Positions 48,421-56,282 of a stretch of DNA of 56,592 bases are shown in pieces. The position numbers and the translations under genes were made by a program. Numbering within the stretch: the stretch's first letter is position 1; each line of letters begins with the position of its first letter. The notes under the pieces are model-generated. The model ran no database searches, had not been told where the DNA came from, and saw nothing but the letters and a program-made list of their open reading frames with translations. Source of the DNA: a virus (Duplodnaviria > Caudoviricetes); IMG/VR virus record IMGVR_UViG_3300037722_000781, positions 1 to 56,592 of that record; one strand, written 5' to 3'.

Positions 48421-50115
48421 CTTGTCAACCAACAGGGCGCGGGCTGACTACCTCGAAAGCGTCCTCGAAGATATCAGGGCCAAGGTTCATGCGCACGGTA
48501 AATCTACGCTGACGCACGGCCTGCGCAACGAAATCCGAGACATGTGCGATTTGGCCCTGGCGCGAATGCGAAAGATGAGAGAGGCCGGCCGCGCCGCTCT
48601 CCAGGAGCAAGCCGATGACTGAGCAGAGCAACGCAAACTATCTCATATTGGCCGACAGGGCGGATGACCCGGGAGCCATGTCGGCGGCTATTTGCATCCT
48701 GGTGGCGCGTCTCGAAGCGGCGGAGGAACGGGCGAGCATGTTGCGTGCACGAGAGGCCACCCAGGGCAACCGCGCAGTGAGGGCAGAGGCCGCCCTTGCC
48801 AAAGCCGAGGCGGCCAACGTTGGGCTGCGGGAGGCGCTGGAGCAAATGGTGGACGAAAAAGTTGACTACATGCAAATCAACAAGCTCGGCAACCCAGAGG
48901 CTCAGCACACTATCAAAGCTGCCCGCAAAGCCCTCGCCACCCCCGCCCCTTCGCGTGTAGCCGATCTGGTGGCCGTCATGCGTCAAATCAAGCACCTCGT
49001 GAATGACAATCTGGAGCGCCTGCACCCAGACACAATTGAGCGAGAGATCAACCGCATTGCCGATCAAGCACTCGCGCCTTTCCCGGAGCCGGAGCCGGAG
49101 GTGAAAGATGGGTAAATGGACAGACGGTTCGCTCGAAGATGTTGCGCGGCTCATTGACCCGGAAGCCTTCGAGGACACGCCTTACCACGGCAGCAGCACA
49201 TACGCGTATCGTCGTGAGTCGGCCTACCGCAGGGCGCGCGGGTATCTCGACTCGCTGGAGATAGCATTTGACACGACGCATCAGGCTGGCATCCGCCAGG
49301 GCCGCGTCAAGGAGCTGCTGGCGGTGGCGGAGTGGTGTGAGGCGGAGGCGGCGGAACAAGAGAACTATCGTATCCGTGCGGTCGCTAACGGCAATGAGCA
49401 GAGGGCGCTTGAGATGAAGTGCCGATCCCAGGGGTTGGACGCTTGCGCCACCCATTGCCGCGCAGAGGCGGCGGAGCTGGCGAGCGAGGGCGATGCTATA
49501 GAGGACAAGTCCAATGAGTGAAGGTCTGATCGGGCTATTTCTGGTCGTCGCTGGTGCTGCTGGGACATGGCGTAACTGGGCAGGCTGGGCCATTCTTGCT
49601 GGCATCGGTGGGGCCATGCTTACCGCCGCTGTGATGGACGCACTGCCATGACTGACTCCCTCCCCGCTCTCCTGGCCCGCCTGGAGGCTGCGGACGCGGG
49701 CAGCCGGGCGTTCTGGTGCCATGCGTGCGGCTACGTCGCCGTGGTGGCCCCGCATCATCACTCGACCGAACTGAGATCTTCCTTGCAAGACTGTAACCAC
49801 CCGGCCGAGTGGGGCACGCCCGACGATTGCGCCGCAGCTATCCGCGCACAGGCGGCCCAAGCAGCAGAGAAGGAAGGATAGGAGATGGGCCAGACTTACG
49901 GACACACGCTTGAATACCAGACGGGGCGCACCTCTGTCAGCGGCGCTTCGTCTCCGCTGGTAGCCCGCGCGCACGTCTATGAGATTGCCATCAGGGCCGG
50001 CGACTACACGCCGCCGAAGCTACGGCGCCACTGGTGGCAGTTCTGGCGGCCGGCGGCATGGCCTCAGGGCGTCGCCGAAGCACTGGCGGCGATCCAGGAA
50101 GCCAAGGACGCCTAG
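48407..50115 (+). other. Small hypothetical ORFs (48407-48622, 48615-49115, 49108-49521, 49648-49881, 49885-50115)
   Basis: Coupled + strand ORFs. Confidence 0.55.
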
Positions 50116-50173
50116 CCCATGACCACCTGACATACGAGGAAGCGGCCGGCATTGAACGAAAGGATACCAGGCC

Positions 50174-50479
50174 ATGGTGATGGACGTGCCGAAGCCCTTC
50201 ACGGTGAAGCGGCTAGCCGAGCGTTGGGAATGCTCGGAGCAGCACGTCCGTGACCTTATCCACAGGCGGGAGGTGGTTGCCTTCAAGTGCGGCCGGCTGC
50301 TTAGAATAGCCGCTTCCGAAGTTGCGCGCTTCGAGGGCGGGGAATGCGGCGCAAGCTCTACAAGGGAAGCTGGTACGCCGTCTGGACAGAGGACGGCCGG
50401 ACCCGGCGAGTCGCGCTTCGGACCAAGGATCGTGCGACTGCCGAACAGCGACTTGCCGATCTCCAGCGGCAACCGGTAG
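50174..50479 (+). CDS. xis: Excisionase (HTH_17/MerR-like)
   Basis: FTVKRLAERWECSEQHVRDLI...FKCGRLLRI; overlaps int. Confidence 0.8.
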   Translation: MVMDVPKPFTVKRLAERWECSEQHVRDLIHRREVVAFKCGRLLRIAASEVARFEGGECGASSTREAGTPSGQRTAGPGESRFGPRIVRLPNSDLPISSGNR

Positions 50480-51291
50480 GAGATACCGTTGATGCCATCT
50501 ATTCGGAATACGTCAAGGAACTGGCCGCCAAGGGTAAGGATGCCCCGCGCGCCAAAGAAGCCTGGAAAGCCCTGGAAAGACTTTTTGGCGCTCTCCGTCC
50601 TGATCAGGTCACCAAGAGCCTATGCCGGGCTTACGCCATTGAGCGGCGCCGCTACGGCCGGTCGGATGGCACGATCGCCAAGGAGCTGTCCTGCCTGCGG
50701 GCGGCCCTGAGATGGCAGAACAGGCACACCCCGGCCGATATCGAGCAGCCCAGGCGGCCACCGCCCCGCGAGCGCCGGCTGGCCAGGGCGGAGTACCGCC
50801 GGCTTCGGCTGGCAGCCAAGGCCGGGGGCCTGCACCTCTATGTCTTCGTGGTCCTGGGGGTTGCCACGGCGGGGCGGAAACAGGCCTTGCTGGACCTGAC
50901 CTGGGATCGCGTGGACTTCGGGAGGGGGGAAATCAGGCTGGCGCACGGCCAGGGCGGGAAGGGACGGGCCACGGTGCCGATGACCAGGCATGCCCGCAGG
51001 GTGCTCAGGCTGGCCCACAGAGCCCGAGAGACAGTCTTTGTGGTCGAGTATGCCGGGAGGCCGGTCGGGTCGGTCAAGCGCGCCTTCGCCAGCGCCTGCC
51101 AGCGGGCGGGGCTGCCTGGCGTGACCCCGCACGTCCTGCGCCACACCGCAGCTGTCTGGATGGCCGAGGCCGGGGTGCCGATGGACGAGATAGCGCAGTA
51201 CCTCGGCCACTCAGATCCCAGGATCACCTACCGGGTCTACGCCCGCTACTCCCCGAGCTATCTGCGCCGCGCCGCGGCAGCCCTGGAATAG
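50344..51291 (+). CDS. int: Tyrosine integrase
   Basis: TAGR, K, HVLRHT, LGH, VYARY catalytic residues. Confidence 0.95.
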   Translation: MRRKLYKGSWYAVWTEDGRTRRVALRTKDRATAEQRLADLQRQPVGDTVDAIYSEYVKELAAKGKDAPRAKEAWKALERLFGALRPDQVTKSLCRAYAIERRRYGRSDGTIAKELSCLRAALRWQNRHTPADIEQPRRPPPRERRLARAEYRRLRLAAKAGGLHLYVFVVLGVATAGRKQALLDLTWDRVDFGRGEIRLAHGQGGKGRATVPMTRHARRVLRLAHRARETVFVVEYAGRPVGSVKRAFASACQRAGLPGVTPHVLRHTAAVWMAEAGVPMDEIAQYLGHSDPRITYRVYARYSPSYLRRAAAALE

Positions 51292-51414
51292 GCAGTTCCC
51301 TCTGGGGAAAGGGCACCAAACGCCCCGGAAGTTCCTGTGCCGTTCATGGCCAAATAGGGCAGAAATGCCTGTACGCACTACAGTATATCAATATACTGGC
51401 TGACGGGAACTGCG

Positions 51415-51459
51415 TTCACACGGCAGGGGTCGCTGGTTCAATCCCAGCCGCGCCCACCA
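51415..51459 (+). other. attP core: 3' half of tRNA-Val(CAC)
   Basis: TTCACACGGCAGGGGTCGCTGGTTCAATCCCAGCCGCGCCCACCA with no 5' half; flanked by AGGCAGTTCCCT repeats at 51290-51301 and 51487-51498 and an inverted GGGAACTGC at 51405-51413. Confidence 0.88.
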
Positions 51460-51527
51460 GACTTTCCAAGCAGTTAGCCGCAAAACAGGCAGTTCCCTTT
51501 GGTAGAATTTCACCATGGGAGCCGCCA

Positions 51528-51914
51528 GTGCTTACGAACGCGGAAATCTCTCGCTTCTGGGATAAGGTCGCCGTGCGCGGGCCGGATGACTGCTGGGAAT
51601 GGCAGGCCGGTTGCTTCAAGCGTGGCTACGGCGCCTTTGCCTTCGATGGCCACAAGCCCGGCTATGCGCACCGCTTCTCCTACGAGCTGCACCACGGGCC
51701 GATCCCTGAGGGCATGCGTGTGCTGCACGAGTGCGACAACCCGCCGTGCGTCAACCCGAAGCACCTCAGGGCAGGCACCCAGAAGGACAACATCCAGGAC
51801 GCCGTGAACAAGGACCGCTGGATGACCGAAGCGCGGCAGGCCCACCTGGAGAAGGTCGCCAGCGGCACGGTTGCCAGAGGCTCACATGGGCACTTTGAGC
51901 CGGGCTGGAAATGA
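51528..51914 (+). CDS. HNH endonuclease
   Basis: RFWDKV...CWEW...AHRFSY...HECDNPPCVNPKHL...DN. Confidence 0.9.
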   Translation: MLTNAEISRFWDKVAVRGPDDCWEWQAGCFKRGYGAFAFDGHKPGYAHRFSYELHHGPIPEGMRVLHECDNPPCVNPKHLRAGTQKDNIQDAVNKDRWMTEARQAHLEKVASGTVARGSHGHFEPGWK

Positions 51915-51959
51915 CCGGCCCGCCTAACCCCGGCTGTCCGGCAAGAGAGAGGTAGAGAC

Positions 51960-52187
51960 ATGGGATACCGAAATGAAGACGGCACTTGGCATGACAGGTG
52001 CCTAGAGAAAGTGCATCCGAATGAGCCCATTTTTGTTTTACGAGCGCAGGACAAGCTTGCGCCGGCGCTGGTGAGGGCGTGGGCCGATCTGGCGCGGTTG
52101 CACGGCTGCCCGCCCAGCAAGGTGAGTGAGGCCCACAAGACAGCCGACGCCATGGAAGTCTGGCAAGTTCGGAAGTTCCCAGACTAG
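51960..52187 (+). CDS. Conserved-type small phage protein
   Basis: NEPIFVLRAQDKLAP motif. Confidence 0.7.
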   Translation: MGYRNEDGTWHDRCLEKVHPNEPIFVLRAQDKLAPALVRAWADLARLHGCPPSKVSEAHKTADAMEVWQVRKFPD

Positions 52188-52226
52188 CCCGCCCCGGCTC
52201 TGTCCTGCTGTTAGAGAGAGGTTGCT

Positions 52227-52682
52227 ATGACGAAGGTGATAATGATTCAGGGGACCGCCTGCCAGGAGCACCAGTGCGGCACCTGCGGCGTGTGGTTCGC
52301 CATCCCTGACATCATCATTGATAGTTGCCGGCGCGAAGGCGGGTTTTTTAGTTGCCCCAATGGACATAGCCGCGGCTGGGAGAAAAAGGACTGCGAGACT
52401 GAGACCGATAAAATCCGCCGCGAGCGCGACAGGCTCCAGCAACGTCTTGCCCAGAAGGATGACGACATAGCTTTCCAGCGCGAGCAGCGAGCGGCGGCCG
52501 AACGCTCGGCCATCGCCTACAAGGGCCAAGCGACCCGCCTTCGCAAGCACGCCAAGGCCGGCACCTGCCCGTGCTGCAAGCGAACCTTCCGGCAGCTCGC
52601 CCTGCATATGAAGCACAAGCACCCGGACTTTTCGCCAGAGGCACCCGAGCTAAAGGTGGTGGCCGGCGGCAAGCCCGCCTAA
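52227..52682 (+). CDS. Zinc-finger coiled-coil protein
   Basis: CGTC, CPNGH, coiled coil, CPCC...HMKHKH. Confidence 0.75.
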   Translation: MTKVIMIQGTACQEHQCGTCGVWFAIPDIIIDSCRREGGFFSCPNGHSRGWEKKDCETETDKIRRERDRLQQRLAQKDDDIAFQREQRAAAERSAIAYKGQATRLRKHAKAGTCPCCKRTFRQLALHMKHKHPDFSPEAPELKVVAGGKPA

Positions 52683-52712
52683 CCCCGGCTGTCCGGCAAG
52701 AGAGAGGTAGAG

Positions 52713-52919
52713 ATGGCACACACAAGAGTGGACAACCCCTACAACAGTACGCCGTTTTCATCGTGCTGCGGCATAGCTTCGCAAGACGCAAACGGGCGGC
52801 CCGACGATCATTGCCATAAATGCGGGCAAGCAATGACGCACCACGATAATGGGCTGCCGCCACGTAAGCCGGGGCACTGCCTTATGTGCGGCAAAGCGTA
52901 CTCGGTTTGCTACTGCTAA
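52713..52919 (+). CDS. Small Cys-rich protein
   Basis: CC, CHKC, CLMC, CYC. Confidence 0.6.
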   Translation: MAHTRVDNPYNSTPFSSCCGIASQDANGRPDDHCHKCGQAMTHHDNGLPPRKPGHCLMCGKAYSVCYC

Positions 52920-52953
52920 CCCAGGCCCGCCTAGCACCCCTGGAGGAATGGCC

Positions 52954-54055
52954 ATGACGGATGGAGACAGGCTGGCGGAGATCAAGGCGCGGCGGGAAAC
53001 GTGGGGGATCCGCTATTTCTTGCCTGACGGCCGATATCAAACCGCCAAGCCGGACGTTGATTGGCTTCTAGCCGAGCTAGAGGCTGCGTGGAAGCGAAAG
53101 ACGGAACTGAGCCAGGCTGCGGCCGATCTAGCCAGGCCTCACGATTGTGTACAGCGCGACGGGGTTACACCTCTAGTGCTCTATGTCAGCCCTGAGAACG
53201 CCGAAGAGGTGATTGCGGCCTTCCATGAAATCTACCCGAATTGCAAGACGGTGGAACTGCCATGACCACCCCCACCCCACCGGCCGGCCCGAGCCCAGCA
53301 GCCTTGGCGACAGCGCGGCAGATTGCCCACTTTCACAAGGGCTGCCAGAACGTGGCCGACGCTGGCGCGCTGATCCTGGACATCGCCCTCGCCCTTGACG
53401 CAGCGCGGCGGGAAGGGGCGGCCGGGGAGCGGGAGGAATGCGCGAGGGCGCTTTGCCTTCACTGTGCGGAAGGCGATACCCCTGGCGACTACGGCGAGCC
53501 ATTCAACTGCTGCCATATGCGGGTGAGCCGCAACGGATTCCCTACCTATACAAAATGCGGCGCCGCCGTAATCCACGCCAGAGCTATAGATACCATTGGT
53601 GAGTGACGGTGAGATGGCAATCAGAATCAGAACAGTTGACGGCGTGCGCGTGGCCCTGTGCGCTGTCGAGAGCGATGCCAAGCTGGGCGACCTTTACCTA
53701 GACGACGGCGACCACTATGCCTTGGCCGCCAAGTTCCGGCGCGACTGGCAAGGGCAGGTGAACGACTTCGGCTATCCCGAGGAATGGGCCGCCATGGACA
53801 CGCAAAAGGTACGCGACGCGCGGGAAGTTTTCAAGGAATTGGACGCACGCGCGCCGGCCGGGGATGCGACCGCCAAGGAGGAATAGCATGAACACCCAAG
53901 CACTCTGGCGCCTGATCGGCGAGGGCGTGGCGGGGGAGCGGCTGGGGCCACAATGTGGTGATCTGCCGGAACAGCGCCGGGAGCCGCCGCCCAAGACCTA
54001 CACCGGCTGGCGCCTGGCGCCCATGGAGGAAGCCGACGATCTCGGCTGGTACTAG
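52954..54055 (+). other. Small hypothetical ORFs (52954-53265, 53262-53606, 53614-53886, 53888-54055)
   Basis: Coupled ORFs with RBSs. Confidence 0.55.
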
Positions 54056-54111
54056 CCCGCCCCCGCCTATCAGCCATTGCTTTTCCGGGGGGAGTTGGGT
54101 AGGATGGGGGT

Positions 54112-54248
54112 GGTTGTGGCGACATGGCATTCGAGCCGGGAGGCAGTTGACAACTGTAGGCCCGGCCCATGGCGTCGGATCAAGTGATGGTCGGGAGGCC
54201 TGCGGTGCGAGTCCGCACAGACCGGGGTTAGTCACCGGCCCACAGCCA
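54112..54248 (+). ncRNA. tRNA-like structured ncRNA A
   Basis: Promoter TTGCTT-N17-TAGGAT (54077-54105); closing stem GGTTGTGG/CCACAGCC; internal hairpins including TGCGG-TGCGAGT-CCGCA; downstream GC hairpin AAGCCCCGC/GCGGGGCTT. Confidence 0.6.
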
Positions 54249-54430
54249 GCAAGCCCCGCCGGGCCGTAGCGCCAGCGGGGCTTCTGCTTGGGCGAACTGT
54301 TCGGAATTTCCGAAGAGTTGCCCCGCCCCTGCTCCGGCAGCACTCTCGGCCAGACCCGACCATTTTGCTGACGCCCGCAATATGGTCTTATGGTGGCACT
54401 CCAGGCCGGCCCACAACCAAAAAGCCACGT

Positions 54431-54730
54431 CTACTCAGGCGGCAGCACAGGCCCCACAGGCGGCTGCTCAACGGCCGCAGCCCTATCCAGGCAGATATCC
54501 GTCCAGGCCCCCCAGCGGTCCGCTGAGACGCCGTAGCGGTCGACCACGGCACCCACGGGGCTGGCCCGGCAGATGTACCACTCGGCGTTCTCGAGGCCGG
54601 CAGCGGCGGCTTCACGGCCCTGGGTGGCAATGCCCTGGCGGATCGCGTCGCCCTGGGGTGTCAGGCCGCAGCCGGCGAGCAGGAACAGGGCCAGCAGGGC
54701 GCCGGCCCAAGTACGGATAGGTCGCAGCAT
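54431..54730 (-). CDS. Lipoprotein
   Basis: Lipobox LLAGC. Confidence 0.7.
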   Translation of the reverse strand: MLRPIRTWAGALLALFLLAGCGLTPQGDAIRQGIATQGREAAAAGLENAEWYICRASPVGAVVDRYGVSADRWGAWTDICLDRAAAVEQPPVGPVLPPE

Positions 54731-54912
54731 TTCAGAAATCCCTATGATGGTGGGCAGGACGAAACGGGGGGCTCACCAGCAGGCTCGGCAAGCCTGTCCG
54801 GTCACACTTAAGCTTGATTTTTCTGAGAGTTTCTCTATAGATAGTCGGGCTGAAGCGGCGCTCGCAACGCCAGCCTCAGCCCTAACCACACCAACCGATG
54901 GAGCCGGTTGCC

Positions 54913-55377
54913 ATGGCTACTCTGACGCTATCTCTGCACGTCAAATCACTCAAGTCTGACATCGAGCGACGACTGTGGATCCTCACCGCGCCAGAGCCCA
55001 ACTCCGGCTGCTGGCTTTGGACAGGCGCGGTTAATCCTCATGGATATGCAAAGATCAGAATCGATGGCACGGACTGGCTTGGCCACAGGCTCGCATATGA
55101 GCTTTTCGTCGGCCCCATTCCCCGCGGGTTAGAGTTGGACCACAAATGCCGCGTTCGAAGCTGCATAAATCCAGACCACATGGAGCCGGTGACGGGCCGC
55201 GAGAATATTCTGCGGGGTGAAAGCGTCTCGGCCCAGAACGCTCGGAAGACTCACTGTAACCACGGTCACAAGTTCATGCCCGAAAACACCTACGTTTACC
55301 CAAATGGCCACCGCGTCTGCAGGGCGTGTAAGAGACGCATTGACCGAACAAGATATGCCAAGCAAACAAGCGGGTAG
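54913..55377 (+). CDS. HNH endonuclease with C-terminal zinc-finger
   Basis: PEPNSGCWLW...HRLAY...LDHKCRVRSCINPDH...EN; THCNHGH...CRAC. Confidence 0.9.
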   Translation: MATLTLSLHVKSLKSDIERRLWILTAPEPNSGCWLWTGAVNPHGYAKIRIDGTDWLGHRLAYELFVGPIPRGLELDHKCRVRSCINPDHMEPVTGRENILRGESVSAQNARKTHCNHGHKFMPENTYVYPNGHRVCRACKRRIDRTRYAKQTSG

Positions 55378-55480
55378 CCGGCCGCACGGGAAAAGCTTGG
55401 CATTCGGGTACTCCTGTGCTAAGTGGTCAGGTATGGAATCACCGCTCGCCAGCAAACGAACGACACGGGGCTGACACAGC

Positions 55481-55557
55481 GCCCCGTTAGCTCAATTGGC
55501 AGAGCAGCGTCCTTGTAAGTCGCCGGGTCCGGGTTCGAATCCTCGGGCGGGGCTCCA
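55481..55557 (+). tRNA. tRNA-Thr(TGT)
   Basis: GCCCCGT/GCGGGGC acceptor, loop CTTGTAA, GGTTCGAATCC, CCA; one anticodon-stem mismatch and a T-stem bulge. Confidence 0.85.
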
Positions 55558-55609
55558 GCCTTCAGAGGCCGACATGCGATCATCTAGTAGCCGCCGATAC
55601 CGTCTCTTA

Positions 55610-55696
55610 GGAGAGTGAACCAGCAGGGATGCTGGCGACGGCTGCTACCCGTTCGGCACCTCACGGTGTGTGGCTCAAGACCACCGCTCTCCGCCA
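55610..55696 (+). tRNA. tRNA-Ser(GCT), 8/4 structure
   Basis: 8-bp acceptor GGAGAGTG/CGCTCTCC, 6-bp D stem, loop CTGCTAC, long V arm, 4-bp T stem GTGG/CCAC, G73-CCA. Confidence 0.8.
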
Positions 55697-55782
55697 GGAG
55701 GGCGCCGCTGAATGGCCGGCAACTGGTCCCGAAAACCAGGGTAACCGCAAGGTTAGGGGTTCGATCCCTCCGCCCTCCGCCA
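55697..55782 (+). tRNA. tRNA-Ser(CGA), 8/4 structure, C33
   Basis: GGAGGGCG/CGCCCTCC, loop CCCGAAA, V arm TAACC-GCAA-GGTTA, 4-bp T stem, G73-CCA. Confidence 0.8.
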
Positions 55783-55792
55783 ACCTCCCCAA

Positions 55793-55880
55793 GGGCCTCT
55801 ATCCGGCCGGCGGGCTGTAACCCCGTTGCTCACAATTGGCCGGTGGCTGGCGAGAGGTTCGATTCCTCGGAGGCTCACCA
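55793..55880 (+). tRNA. tRNA-Tyr(GTA)-like RNA lacking a D arm
   Basis: GGGCCTC/GAGGCTC acceptor, GCGGG-CTGTAAC-CCCGT, GGTTCGATTCC, ACCA; only 10 nt between acceptor and anticodon stem. Confidence 0.65.
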
Positions 55881-55882
55881 AT

Positions 55883-55959
55883 GCGAGCGTGGCCAAACGG
55901 TAAAGGCAGCTCCCTCAAAAGGAGAAGACATGCAGGTTCGAATCCTGCCGCTCGCACCA
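55883..55959 (+). tRNA. tRNA-Leu(CAA), short variable loop
   Basis: GCGAGCG/CGCTCGC, loop CTCAAAA, GCAGGTTCGAATCCTGC, ACCA. Confidence 0.85.
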
Positions 55960-55961
55960 GC

Positions 55962-56038
55962 GCCGGGGTAGCCCAACGGTAGGAGGCGGGTGCCTTAGGA
56001 GCATCACAGTGTCGGTTCGAATCCGACCCCCGGTACCA
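55962..56038 (+). tRNA. tRNA-Leu(TAG), short variable loop
   Basis: GCCGGGG/CCCCGGT, loop CTTAGGA, GTCGGTTCGAATCCGAC, ACCA. Confidence 0.85.
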
Positions 56039-56043
56039 ACAGC

Positions 56044-56079
56044 AGCCGGCCCCTCTTCGGAGCGGGCCGGTTGTGTTTT
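56044..56079 (+). terminator. Intrinsic terminator after the tRNA cluster
   Basis: AGCCGGCCC...GGGCCGGTT stem with TTCG loop, followed by GTGTTTT; near-identical copy at 56236-56265. Confidence 0.75.
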
Positions 56080-56105
56080 GGCCCGCCTTTGGTATAGTGG
56101 GGGCT

Positions 56106-56233
56106 GGCTTGTGGCGGCGCTGAAGGAAGCGCGCTCGGCAGTGGAAGTGAGGACCGCGACGACTGCCTGCCATGCGAACAAGCAGCGGGCGAGACAGTGA
56201 GCATAAGCCGGTTTCGAGTCCGGCCCACAGCCA
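56106..56233 (+). ncRNA. tRNA-like structured ncRNA B
   Basis: Extended -10 TGGTATAGT (56090-98); acceptor-like stem, D-like GCGCT/AGCGC, GCTC/GAGC stem enclosing about 60 nt, T arm GCCGG-TTTCGAGT-CCGGC; terminator follows. Confidence 0.65.
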
Positions 56234-56282
56234 GCAGCCGGCCCCTCCCCAAGAGCGGGCCGGTTCGCTTTAGGAATTTGTC

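Larger units (their letters stand above)
51918..52713 (+). repeat. Exact 41-bp direct repeat (51918-51958, 52673-52713) with a degenerate copy at 52187-52226
   Basis: GCCCGCCTAACCCCGGCTGTCCGGCAAGAGAGAGGTAGAGA; each copy ends in the RBS of the next gene. Confidence 0.9.

Noticed and set aside
51411-51459. Complete tRNA-Val gene
   Set aside because: 5' acceptor strand and D arm are absent; treated as attP core
51918-52713. Integron attC array (GCCTAAC fits RYYYAAC and an integrase is adjacent)
   Set aside because: No matching GTTRRRY end or long imperfect palindrome in the exact copies; the integrase looks like a phage Int with xis and a tRNA attP, not IntI
51918-52953. CRISPR array
   Set aside because: Spacers are whole genes of 230-460 bp, only two exact copies, no cas genes
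54299-54313. Additional repressor operator (TTCGGAATTTCCGAA)
   Set aside because: Half-sites are 1 nt apart rather than 5, and it is the tip of a longer hairpin
55883-55959. Opal suppressor/Sec tRNA (TCA in the loop)
   Set aside because: The 7-nt loop CTCAAAA centres on CAA; genes use TGA as a normal stop
56099-56233. tmRNA or Y RNA (YrlA)
   Set aside because: No G3:U70 alanine acceptor ending in ACCA, no tag ORF, too short; arm order is not the permuted YrlA type and no Ro/Rsr gene is present
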